Shown: piece after piece, positions 1-7,639 of the stretch
Layout: each line of letters opens with the position of its first letter
Position numbering within the stretch: position 1 is the stretch's first letter
Virus record (IMG/VR): IMGVR_UViG_3300018089_000005
Coordinates: 1 to 24,077 of that record
DNA length: 24,077 nt
Source: a virus
Lineage: Duplodnaviria > Caudoviricetes
Reading direction: 5' to 3' (one strand)
Translations under genes and position numbers: made by a program
The notes under the pieces: generated by a model
Seen by the model: the letters and a program-made list of their open reading frames with translations, nothing else
Database searches by the model: none
Told to the model about the DNA's origin: nothing

Positions 1-322
1 CGATACGTTCGCACTCTATGAAGTAGAGCCGCGCTTCCTTACCTTTCGCGGTGCGCTCTACCATGGCAAGCTCCTTAGCCATGTCAAGAGTTAGCGCGTA
101 CTCTTTGGCTGGCCTGCCACCAACTGCTGAGGTTTCGCTCAAAAATGAGCAAAAGTCCTTTCCTTCAAGAAACTCATATTCTTCAACGCGCCTAGCAATC
201 CAATCCTTAAAAGCTGTGCGTACTTCTAAGAATGTATGCAACTTGCGTGCATCCACGGTTTTAACGGTATCGGTCCCAATGATGGAAGACGCGACTGGTA
301 TAAGTGTGTTAAGATCAGGCAT
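1..322 (-). CDS. AntA/AntB-family phage antirepressor (partial, runs off window start)
   Basis: Not in the ORF track. Manual translation from ATG 322 gives MPDLNTLIPV...TVDARKLHTFLEVRTAFKDWIARRVEEYEFLEGKDF...GGRPAKEYALTLDMAKELAMVERTAKGKEARLYFIECER, the AntA N-terminal signature. GAGG RBS upstream. Confidence 0.9.
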   Translation of the reverse strand, partial: MPDLNTLIPVASSIIGTDTVKTVDARKLHTFLEVRTAFKDWIARRVEEYEFLEGKDFCSFLSETSAVGGRPAKEYALTLDMAKELAMVERTAKGKEARLYFIECERI

Positions 323-349
323 ACCTGAACCTCTGTATAGGTTGAAAGG

Positions 350-400
350 GAGAGACGGCCAGCGTGTTTAGAGTACCCTGGCCGTTTCGTTATTGTAGCA
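350..400 (-). promoter_or_regulatory. Repeated antirepressor leader, copy A (extended -10 TGnTACAAT plus ACGGCCAG hairpin)
   Basis: Minus strand TGCTACAATAACGAAACGGCCAGGGTACTCTAAACACGCTGGCCGTCTCTC, near-identical to 1335-1384 except in the hairpin interior. Confidence 0.75.
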
Positions 401-412
401 TACCGCATTTCC

Positions 413-561
413 TCACGCGCGTTTGAAACGCGAGTGAGCCCGTTTCGCTTCCGGCTTGCGGCTCTTGAAGATGAGAGCGTATATACCTGACTCGTTGATA
501 ACCAACATCTGTTGCTCGCCGGAAGGGGTATTTACACTGTAAATACCCTTTTCCTCATTTT
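413..561 (-). pseudogene. Bro-N antirepressor fragment
   Basis: Manual translation ENEEKGIYSVNTPSGEQQMLVINESGIYALIFKSRKPEAKRAHSRFKRA* matches the Bro-N motif (EKG...TPGG.Q...INESGLY.LI..SRKPEAK.F). The N-terminal half is missing and it stops early. Confidence 0.8.
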
Positions 562-587
562 CCCTGACCGTTTCGTTTTTTAGCACA
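562..587 (-). promoter_or_regulatory. Degenerate partial copy of the antirepressor leader
   Basis: Minus strand TGTGCTAAAAAACGAAACGGTCAGGG versus TGTGCTACAATAACGAAACGGCCAGG. The -10 is damaged and the hairpin 3' arm is lost. Confidence 0.65.
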
Positions 588-1307
588 TTAGGATATAGCG
601 CGTCTAACTGCGGACACGTTCCATTTCAAATTATAGCCACTCTTGGGACCCTTACCCCAGGAGTGTTTGGCGCAATGCGCCTCTCCTGCCTTAGTAGGTT
701 CCCATGTCCCGTTGGTCTTGGTCTGCCAGCCTAGCGACGCAAGTTTCAAATTGAATGCCTGAGCGGATTGTATCCCGAGCACGCGCGCAGCTTCGGTCGG
801 TTCGAGCATGACAACTTCGGTAGGGATATTGTCCTGGGCAGGGGCGTAGGTTAGCAGTGGGTGCAAGTCCACGCCAACTTCTGCCTTGACCGCTTTGACG
901 GCTTCTATCTGTGCGTAATGCAGTGGTACTCCAAGCAGGGATGCGATATCAAGGTGGGCTTTCAGTTCAATTGCCGCGCGCTGTCCAGGAAGTAGCATGA
1001 CGGACGGTTGCTGCTGTTGTGTTGCTTCCAATTCCTGCCAGCGGTCAATGACTTTGGCGCGCAGCGGGATGCTGTAACCTGTCACCAAGATGTAGGTTTC
1101 TCGCTTGGGAAGATTAAAACACGGATATCTTCTACCGCTGTTGTCTGTATAATCTCCCGAGAATTCGGGAGATTGAATTTCCAGTTCGTTCAGCATCTTG
1201 CGTATATCCGCCATGACATGGTCATGCCGTTTTCCAGTCAGTTCGGCAATCTCACGGCTCGACATGGTAGGCGTGGCATGGGTAAACGTGGTAAGATCGG
1301 TGGACAT
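588..1307 (-). CDS. Rha-family phage regulatory protein / antirepressor
   Basis: MSSREIAELTGKRHDHVMADIRKM...CFNLPKRETYILVTGYSIPLRAKVIDRWQELE is the Rha domain. The C-terminus (FNLKLASLGWQ...WEPTKAG) is KilAC/ANT-like. AGGAG RBS. Confidence 0.9.
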   Translation of the reverse strand: MSTDLTTFTHATPTMSSREIAELTGKRHDHVMADIRKMLNELEIQSPEFSGDYTDNSGRRYPCFNLPKRETYILVTGYSIPLRAKVIDRWQELEATQQQQPSVMLLPGQRAAIELKAHLDIASLLGVPLHYAQIEAVKAVKAEVGVDLHPLLTYAPAQDNIPTEVVMLEPTEAARVLGIQSAQAFNLKLASLGWQTKTNGTWEPTKAGEAHCAKHSWGKGPKSGYNLKWNVSAVRRAIS

Positions 1308-1334
1308 ACTTCAATCTCCTGTGAATTGAGGTGT

Positions 1335-1384
1335 GAGAGACGGCCAGCGTGTTACTAGCACCTGGCCGTTTCGTTATTGTAGCA
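1335..1384 (-). promoter_or_regulatory. Repeated antirepressor leader, copy B
   Basis: TGCTACAATAACGAAACGGCCAGGTGCTAGTAACACGCTGGCCGTCTCTC upstream of rha. Confidence 0.75.
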
Positions 1385-1404
1385 CAGAAGAATCGGAGGC
1401 TGTT

Positions 1405-1593
1405 GTGACTAACCAAGAACGAAAGCGCGTATATCGCTTATGGCTCGAAGGAGTCTATACGCGAGACCTAGCAGCGCAGTACGGCGTCAATCGCACCACG
1501 ATTAGAAGCGTTGTGCGCGAGGAACTTGACGCCGAGATCAAGCGGTTATTGCGCGGCAGCGTGGTATTGCCGCGCAATGATCAGGCTAGTTAA
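1405..1593 (+). CDS. Small helix-turn-helix protein divergent from rha
   Basis: GGAGG at 1395-1399 then GTG 1405. TRDLAAQYGVNRTTIRSVV is an HTH pattern. Confidence 0.7.
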   Translation: MTNQERKRVYRLWLEGVYTRDLAAQYGVNRTTIRSVVREELDAEIKRLLRGSVVLPRNDQAS

Positions 1594-1901
1594 CTTTCTC
1601 CAGGCACCGCATACTTTCGGAAATTCTGATCCCCGTTCTCGATATGCTCTAGGTTCCCGTTCTGCGCAGTTCTGAACATTCCCTTTGGCAGGAACACACG
1701 GTCAAAATGTTGGTGCCAGTGCCCTTCGTCTTCTGTTGGATAACCATCAACATATTGCGTTGGACCGCATGCGCTGCATAGTTTTTTACCGAACCTGTCT
1801 TCAATGCCGGCCCAGTCGAAGAACTGTACGCGCACAAACCCATCGTGAGAAAGTGCTGTATTTTCGCAACATCCGCAGCGTTCGCATTGGAAAAGACTCA
1901 T
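1590..1901 (-). CDS. Cys-rich phage hypothetical protein
   Basis: FQCERCGCCENTA...LCSAC. Start overlaps the upstream stop. Confidence 0.7.
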   Translation of the reverse strand: MSLFQCERCGCCENTALSHDGFVRVQFFDWAGIEDRFGKKLCSACGPTQYVDGYPTEDEGHWHQHFDRVFLPKGMFRTAQNGNLEHIENGDQNFRKYAVPGES

Positions 1902-2665
1902 CCTACCATCTCCATTTGCCCGTTAACGTTCGGCCAATGTCGCACTTGCATCACAGGAGGCAATATCTCATAAGGAATCTTCCGTCCGAGATCCGTGATC
2001 TGCTTTATGAAAACTGGCGTCTCCGCATCACGGCACTGTTTCAAGATGTCCAATATCCAATCAAAACGGTATGGTCGCGCTTCCGGCCCGGATTCAGTCC
2101 CGACAATGACCCAGCCTAAGCGGCCATCCAGAAAGTTAGTCAGATCGATAGGTCCAAGCAGAGGCTCGGCACTCACGAACCGTAAAGCGGCTGGCGTTTT
2201 AAGGAGTAGCGGGATACGTTCGTCAGCCGTTTCCTGATTCTCCACACTAACGCCCAGCCAAACCGACAGCAGCGGCCAGTTCGAGAAGTGCTTGCGTGAT
2301 ATGATGTAATCCTGCATGCGCTTCGGACGTTTCGTCAGGATTTGAAACGTGTGCTGCGGACAAGAAGACATCACTGCAAACACCCTGTCCAGAAACTCGT
2401 CAGATACATGTTTGTGGAACAAGTCGCTCATGCTGTTGACAAACACGCGGCGCGGTTTTCTCCAGCTCAGAGGCTCTTCCAGCCTATCAACATGACACTG
2501 TACGTCAGTGAATTGACGCCCTTCATAAGGCTGGCCGGGTGCCGCAAGCCGAGGCCATAGGCGCTCTGCGTAACAATTACGACATCCTTTGGACACCTTA
2601 TGGCAGCCCGAGACTGGGTTCCAAACGTATTCACTCCATTCGATTTTTGTTGTACCAGACATCAA
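1898..2665 (-). CDS. DUF5131 / phage Gp37-Gp68 family protein (radical-SAM-like CxxxxxxCxxC)
   Basis: TKIEW...WNPVSGCHKVSKGCRNCYAE...FVNSMSDLFH...FQILTKRP...WLGVSVENQ...RFVSAEPLLGPI. Confidence 0.92.
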   Translation of the reverse strand: MMSGTTKIEWSEYVWNPVSGCHKVSKGCRNCYAERLWPRLAAPGQPYEGRQFTDVQCHVDRLEEPLSWRKPRRVFVNSMSDLFHKHVSDEFLDRVFAVMSSCPQHTFQILTKRPKRMQDYIISRKHFSNWPLLSVWLGVSVENQETADERIPLLLKTPAALRFVSAEPLLGPIDLTNFLDGRLGWVIVGTESGPEARPYRFDWILDILKQCRDAETPVFIKQITDLGRKIPYEILPPVMQVRHWPNVNGQMEMVG

Positions 2666-3180
2666 GCATTACCTCTCTGTAGTTTGTGCAATTCCACGAA
2701 ACTGTAAGGAAAAGAATTCTCTGCATCCGCCGTAAAATCCTCTCGGGCATGGCAAGGCCAATCAATCCCACGAAATGGTGGAAACCAGGTATCTCCGTCA
2801 AAATCGTGCCGTATCAAGGTCAGGTGTATTCGATTGGCATACCTTATGAAGTAGTGATACAAGCTTGCTCCTCCGATCACCATCAGCTCGGTGCCACTAC
2901 GTGCTAGTTCGAGTGCCTCATCGACCGAGTGCAGCGCCTCGCAGCCTGGCGCATTGAAGCCGGGGTCATGAGTCAGCACCAGGTTGATTCTGCCCTTGAG
3001 CGGACCGCCGATGGAATCGAAGGTCTTACGGCCCATTAGCACATGCTCTCCCATGGTCAGTGCGCGGAAACGCCGCATGTCGGCGGGAAGCCGCCATGGC
3101 AGTCGGTTGTCCTTACCTATCACTCGGTTGCTGGACATGGCCGCGACCAGTGACAGCGTTTCGATTGTGTCTTTGCTCAT
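2662..3180 (-). CDS. folA: Dihydrofolate reductase
   Basis: AAMSSNRVIG..N.LPW.LPADM..F...T.G..VLMGRKTF.SIG.PL.GR.NLVLT, VIGGA, FDGDTWFP. Confidence 0.95.
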   Translation of the reverse strand: MSKDTIETLSLVAAMSSNRVIGKDNRLPWRLPADMRRFRALTMGEHVLMGRKTFDSIGGPLKGRINLVLTHDPGFNAPGCEALHSVDEALELARSGTELMVIGGASLYHYFIRYANRIHLTLIRHDFDGDTWFPPFRGIDWPCHAREDFTADAENSFPYSFVELHKLQRGNA

Positions 3181-3347
3181 AGCTCAGTGATCAGCACGAC
3201 AGATCCAAACAGAAACCATTTGACAGTTCGTATCGCGGCAATATGCTTATAATGGCGATATATAAATCCCCACCAGCGGCGCCGGGTCGCGGTTGATGTA
3301 TGCCACCATGTTTTGGTGCCTCGATGATTAGGAGCGTATTTAGTCAT
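3177..3347 (-). CDS. Small hypothetical protein
   Basis: Fills the operon gap with an ATGA overlap to folA. Start taken at the ATG after the upstream stop. Confidence 0.45.
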   Translation of the reverse strand: MTKYAPNHRGTKTWWHTSTATRRRWWGFIYRHYKHIAAIRTVKWFLFGSVVLITEL

Positions 3348-3357
3348 GTTATTCTTC

Positions 3358-3567
3358 TCAAAACGGTATTGCTTCAGACCATTGATCGCATCCATGCGCT
3401 TGTATCTCGCTAGGAACATCTGCTTTCCTTTTCTGGCAGTAATTGGATGCGAGCTTGAAGTGATCGCATTCCTTGCATTCGCGCCGCTCAGAAAGGGATC
3501 TCACAATCTCTAATGCCTGCTCCAATATATTGACCATACGCATCTTCTCCGTCGGAGTTGGATTCAT
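3358..3567 (-). CDS. Small Cys-rich phage protein ending in -IPF
   Basis: CKECDHF...C...C pattern, GAGG RBS, overlaps the helicase 3' end. Confidence 0.65.
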   Translation of the reverse strand: MNPTPTEKMRMVNILEQALEIVRSLSERRECKECDHFKLASNYCQKRKADVPSEIQAHGCDQWSEAIPF

Positions 3568-5173
3568 CGTCTTGTCCTCTTTGTCTCGTCACTCTTTCCA
3601 CAAACAGATAGTCAACAATCTCATCGTACTTGCCATTCATCCGAGTCGTAATCACGCTCGGTTCTCTTAAGCCGTCACGATCAATCATCTCAAGCGCTTC
3701 GTTTATCGTTTCAGGCACAGTGCTTCCGCTGCGTTTTTCCCACCATTTAGCCGCTTTCTGTCGTGCCCATCCGGTATGTTCAAGGCAAATCCATTCGCTT
3801 GCTATCCTCTGTGCCCAGTCGTAGTAATCAACTCGCAGAGACGGCGGCTTTCCTTCCTTTCGGTGCTCGCGGTACTCCACTCTAGCTACTTCGTGGCGTT
3901 CTAGTTCAACTTCCCAGCTTAGGATTGGCGCCGCGCTTGCGACGGTAGTAAGTTTGTTTTCTGCGGGCGCCCGTTCAGGCTCAGGCCACGCATATCCGCA
4001 ATCCGGGCACGTAAGCATGCTGATCGGAACAATGCTTTCGCATTCCGGGCAGACCTTCGTAGGCGGCGGGGCGTCGCCTTTTTTGCGTATATTCACTTGG
4101 TCGATGGGTCCGTGGCGTTTAACATTCCCAGCAAAATCAAGCACTAAGCATTCGGATTTTCCTTCTGCAATGCGCATGCCTCTACCGCTCATTTGGCAAA
4201 AAAGCACGGGACTCATGGTGGGCCTCAAGAACGCAATCATGTCTGTCTGTGGTGCATCGAATCCGGTTGTCAGCGTGTTTACGCTAGACAGCGCGCGCAG
4301 GTCTCCGGCCCTGTAAGCACGGATCATCTCCGCGCGCTCGGCGCTTGGCGTATCTCCAATGATGCACCCGGCAGGAATGCCGGATTGATTCATGAACTCT
4401 GCTGCTGCTTGACTGTTCTTGACGCCAGCACAAAACAACAGCCACGAGCGACGACTCTCGCCCATTCTAATCACTTCCCGTAAGCACTCTTTCAGCACGC
4501 TCGCAACAGCAGCATCCAGCTCTTCTTGAACGAACTCCCCCGAGCGCACATGCACGTCACTGGTATCAATCTGTGTCTGTGTCTGCTTTGTAGTGAGCCT
4601 CGAAAGCCATCCTTCGTCAATGAGCCGTTTGATGTCTGTGTTGTAGGCAATGTCGGTAAAGATTCGATCATCGCCTTCTGTGAGCATGCCATGGCCGGTA
4701 CGATATGGTGTGGCTGTTAATCCAATGACTTTGAGATCGGCATTGAACTTCATCAGATTGGAGATAAGCGCACGATACATCGTATGTCCTTTTGCTGGGA
4801 CACGATGCGCTTCATCAATGATGACGATATCGAACCGTCCTAGTTCGTGCCAGCGCTTATGTACGGACTGAATTCCAGCGAATAGAATTGGTGATAACGT
4901 GTCGCGTCGCTTGAGCCCGGCTGAATAAATCCCTGCGGGGGCCTGCGGCCAGGAGCGCATCAACTTCTCGTGGTCTTGCTCCAAGATTTCTTTGACATGA
5001 GACAATATTAGAACACGTTGATTATGCCATTGATCGAAGATGCTTTTGATGAATCCGGCAAGAATCCAGCTCTTGCCTCCCGCTGTCGGAACTACCACGA
5101 GAGGATTCCCATCATTGGCGCCGAAGTAACCATACAGCGCATCGATCGCTTCTTGTTGGTATGCTCGCAACAT
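3488..5173 (-). CDS. SF2 DNA helicase, RadD/YejH-like, with zinc ribbon
   Basis: Q motif LRAYQQEAI, Walker A PTAGGKS, DEAH, TAT, LTTGFDAP, QMSGRGMR, CPEC...CPDCG. Start reassigned to ATG 5173, next to the MTase stop. Confidence 0.93.
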   Translation of the reverse strand: MLRAYQQEAIDALYGYFGANDGNPLVVVPTAGGKSWILAGFIKSIFDQWHNQRVLILSHVKEILEQDHEKLMRSWPQAPAGIYSAGLKRRDTLSPILFAGIQSVHKRWHELGRFDIVIIDEAHRVPAKGHTMYRALISNLMKFNADLKVIGLTATPYRTGHGMLTEGDDRIFTDIAYNTDIKRLIDEGWLSRLTTKQTQTQIDTSDVHVRSGEFVQEELDAAVASVLKECLREVIRMGESRRSWLLFCAGVKNSQAAAEFMNQSGIPAGCIIGDTPSAERAEMIRAYRAGDLRALSSVNTLTTGFDAPQTDMIAFLRPTMSPVLFCQMSGRGMRIAEGKSECLVLDFAGNVKRHGPIDQVNIRKKGDAPPPTKVCPECESIVPISMLTCPDCGYAWPEPERAPAENKLTTVASAAPILSWEVELERHEVARVEYREHRKEGKPPSLRVDYYDWAQRIASEWICLEHTGWARQKAAKWWEKRSGSTVPETINEALEMIDRDGLREPSVITTRMNGKYDEIVDYLFVERVTRQRGQDDESNSDGEDAYGQYIGAGIRDCEIPF

Positions 5174-5174
5174 T

Positions 5175-5723
5175 TCAGACAGCCTCGCTTGGCGCCTCAT
5201 CTCCCCAGACATCCCAATTCGCCCTACGATACCTGGCGAAGCATTCCAGATATGGCCCATCGTACAGACGCTCGATACGCTCATACTGCTCATCGGGCTT
5301 GCGCGAGTGCTCGCGTCTAGGGCTCATAATCACTTGCGGAACATCGCGCACCTTTACCGGCATGCGCCCGCGAATTCCTAACAAGCACAATTCCGCATTT
5401 CCGCGTGTGTAATGGCCTAATCCGAATGCTGGGGTTCCAGCCCGAGTCATTTTGATCCAGGTAAAGGCGACAGTCCTATACTCGAATCCCCAAGCGTCCA
5501 TGACGGCTAGCCCGTCTGGCAGACATGGCATCGTGATCCAGAGGAACAATGCGCAATCAGGCGCAGCCCACTGGTCTATACTCGGACGCATCGCTTTGAT
5601 ATCTCCCTGGCTCATGGTCGGATAGAAGCTCTCGGCCGTTCGCCGGCCCATATCTCTTGACCAGGCACGGTAAGCCCAAGGCGGGTCTGCCAAAATGCAT
5701 CTGTATCTTGTTGCAACGTTCAC
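5175..5723 (-). CDS. MT-A70-family adenine methyltransferase
   Basis: ILADPPW, LFLW.T, AWGF.Y....F.W.K, G.G.YTR.N.E.CL.G..G, REHSRKP, LE.FAR....W..WGDE. Confidence 0.93.
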   Translation of the reverse strand: MNVATRYRCILADPPWAYRAWSRDMGRRTAESFYPTMSQGDIKAMRPSIDQWAAPDCALFLWITMPCLPDGLAVMDAWGFEYRTVAFTWIKMTRAGTPAFGLGHYTRGNAELCLLGIRGRMPVKVRDVPQVIMSPRREHSRKPDEQYERIERLYDGPYLECFARYRRANWDVWGDEAPSEAV

Positions 5724-5726
5724 TGA

Positions 5727-5924
5727 TCATGTTCTCCGCTTCACATTGATCCGACGAGCAGAAAGCCTAATACCTTCGCTCAAGTTTCCCCCGCCCAGGG
5801 CTCGCAGCTTGTCCACTGTACTGATATCCAGCATGACTTGGTGGCGTGTCATCGGCCTATCTCCGATAGGTTTGCGGCCAGCCCCCTCCCTGGTGCCGCC
5901 GCGCGTCTTTTTTATACCTCCCAT
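5727..5924 (-). CDS. Small DNA-binding protein (GGxRxGAGR plus ribbon-helix-helix-like)
   Basis: RGGTREGAGRKP...LRALGGGNLSEGIR. GGAG RBS. Confidence 0.75.
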   Translation of the reverse strand: MGGIKKTRGGTREGAGRKPIGDRPMTRHQVMLDISTVDKLRALGGGNLSEGIRLSARRINVKRRT

Positions 5925-5982
5925 ATTGCGATTGTTCTCCTATGAATATCAGTCATCTATAGTTGATACTATACACACATAT

Positions 5983-6183
5983 TCAGATGGTATCAAGGGG
6001 GCCTCTCCAGCAAGCACGCACTTCCATCCAGCAAAATCGAATCCCGTACATCAACCCCAGAATCGTTCCAGCCACAGCACAGATTGGAAAGAGAAACATG
6101 GCAAGTAACAGAGTGATACTACGCCGTAACAGGGTGTTCGTAGCCTTGCCTATTGATTTAATCACATCATGCGTAAGACACAT
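5983..6183 (-). CDS. Small membrane protein
   Basis: Hydrophobic stretch, AGGA RBS, operon orientation. Confidence 0.5.
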   Translation of the reverse strand: MCLTHDVIKSIGKATNTLLRRSITLLLAMFLFPICAVAGTILGLMYGIRFCWMEVRACWRGPLDTI

Positions 6184-6225
6184 TGCTGTTTCCTAACACG
6201 GTATCCAAGCAGGATACCGGCTCTA

Positions 6226-6435
6226 TCATGATTTCACCGCTACGTAGAACTCTTTGTAAATCGCTGCTTGTCTTGCTTTGTCACAATCCAGGCAAGCTCT
6301 ATTGCGCACACGGCGCAAAGACACGTGTCCATTGATGCAAGGCTCGCCTGTATTGTAGTATTTCAGCCCGAGCGCTTTTGCTGCCGGGCGAAGGATCAAA
6401 GGGTACTGCTGCTTAAACTCTGTCGTTAAACGCAT
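6226..6435 (-). CDS. Small Zn-binding phage protein (YxTGxPCxxGH...CxxC)
   Basis: AKALGLKYYNTGEPCINGHVSLRRVRNRACLDC resembles a module often N-terminal to phage HNH endonucleases. No HNH domain here. Confidence 0.65.
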   Translation of the reverse strand: MRLTTEFKQQYPLILRPAAKALGLKYYNTGEPCINGHVSLRRVRNRACLDCDKARQAAIYKEFYVAVKS

Positions 6436-6449
6436 TTTCTCAAGCCTAT

Positions 6450-6626
6450 TTAAAGTGCTTTCAACCCTAAACGCTGAAGCTCCAGATATATTTCATCGGC
6501 AAAATCTTTAGATTTGTCATCTGACAAATCAGCCATCTGCATGATTCGCATAAATAAATGTGCTTCATTCTCCGTCTCTAGCTTGATCGTAATTGGACGA
6601 TACTCATTTTCAATTTTGATTTTCAT
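6450..6626 (-). CDS. Hypothetical protein (58 aa, not in ORF track)
   Basis: AGGAG RBS. MKIKIENEYRPITIKLETENEAHLFMRIMQMADLSDDKSKDFADEIYLELQRLGLKAL*. Confidence 0.6.
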   Translation of the reverse strand: MKIKIENEYRPITIKLETENEAHLFMRIMQMADLSDDKSKDFADEIYLELQRLGLKAL

Positions 6627-6646
6627 GACAATCTCCTAAATGTTGC

Positions 6647-6949
6647 TTAACCGTATTTCATCATGTCGATAATGCGCATTGCCTTCTTCGCGGTGAGCGT
6701 TTTAACCCACTTTGAATTATGCAAGTAACAAGCAGCGCCTTTGCTATCGCCACGCAGCAAAGCCTTCATCATCAGATTGAAATGCATGTTTGAAGATAAC
6801 GCAGGCACGCCGAAGTTAAATGCGATTTCAAGAATTACATATTGACGTTCGCTGCTTAATTCTGTCCACCATGGATAATGTTTCGCTATGGCGCCGCGTA
6901 ATAATGAAATATCATCCTTCAACTGATCTATGGCATTATTGTTTAACAT
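6647..6949 (-). CDS. C-terminal lobe of a T4-type (GH24) lysozyme, lacking the catalytic N-lobe
   Basis: PWW..L...RQ.VI.E.AFNFG...A...GD...AA....NSKW....A.RI..MM..G. GGAG RBS before ATG 6949. Confidence 0.7.
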   Translation of the reverse strand: MLNNNAIDQLKDDISLLRGAIAKHYPWWTELSSERQYVILEIAFNFGVPALSSNMHFNLMMKALLRGDSKGAACYLHNSKWVKTLTAKKAMRIIDMMKYG

Positions 6950-6963
6950 ATTGGTCTCCATGT

Positions 6964-7578
6964 TTAACTGCATTTACTCGCTCCACATGACAAGCACACA
7001 TTGCATCCATCCATCATGACCACTGAGAATTCCTGACACTTGTCACACTGTGCTCCTTTCGGTGCCAGATCCTTGGCTTCCGGCATATCCTTGACCGGAG
7101 CGACCGACACAGGCTGATACAGCCCTAGACCTTCAAGATGCTGCGCCAGCACGTTTCCTATCTCGGCCACAATCGAGGGAACGTACTTGCCGCCCTTCTT
7201 CCAGAAGCCGCCGTTCGGGTCGAATACGCTCTTTAACTCTTCGACCAGGAAAGCCACCTCGCCGCCTTTTCTGAACACCGCCGACATGATGCGTGTCATG
7301 GCAACCACCCACTGGAAGTTGTCCATGTTCTTCGAGTTGATGAAGACCTCAAAGGGACGGCGCACCTCGTGCGGAGTATCATTGTTGAGGATGATATCGT
7401 TGATGGTGACGTAAAGCGCGTGCTCAGAGAGCGGCGTTTTGATCTTGTAAGTCGTTCCCTGCAACTGCTCGGGACGCGCCATCTTCTCGTGCAGTACGTG
7501 TGGCTCTGGGGCTTTTGCTGGGCCGGATTTGTTGCTGACGACTTCTTGTGAGACGATCTTCTGCTCGATTTTGATCAC
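6964..7578 (-). CDS. nrdJb: Class II ribonucleotide reductase C-terminal subunit NrdJb (TSCPD domain plus Zn ribbon)
   Basis: RPE.L.G.TYKIK.P..EHALYVTIND...RPFEVFINSKNM..FQW.VA.TRIMSAVFRKGG...FLVEELK.VFDP.GG...C.KC...DGC..CL.CG.SKC. Confidence 0.88.
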   Translation of the reverse strand: MIKIEQKIVSQEVVSNKSGPAKAPEPHVLHEKMARPEQLQGTTYKIKTPLSEHALYVTINDIILNNDTPHEVRRPFEVFINSKNMDNFQWVVAMTRIMSAVFRKGGEVAFLVEELKSVFDPNGGFWKKGGKYVPSIVAEIGNVLAQHLEGLGLYQPVSVAPVKDMPEAKDLAPKGAQCDKCQEFSVVMMDGCNVCLSCGASKCS

Positions 7579-7639
7579 AGCTTATTCTCCTAGAACTTGT
7601 ATAGCAGGCGCGCACTAGGCGCGCCTTGCTGGATGATGG

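Noticed and set aside
51-371. 106-aa plus-strand ORF
   Set aside because: Shadow of the antA gene on the minus strand.
5174-5293. N-terminal extension of the helicase in the ORF track
   Set aside because: It overlaps the MTase. The Q motif begins at ATG 5173.
5175-5723. Restriction-modification system
   Set aside because: No cognate endonuclease. Orphan MT-A70 genes are common in phages.
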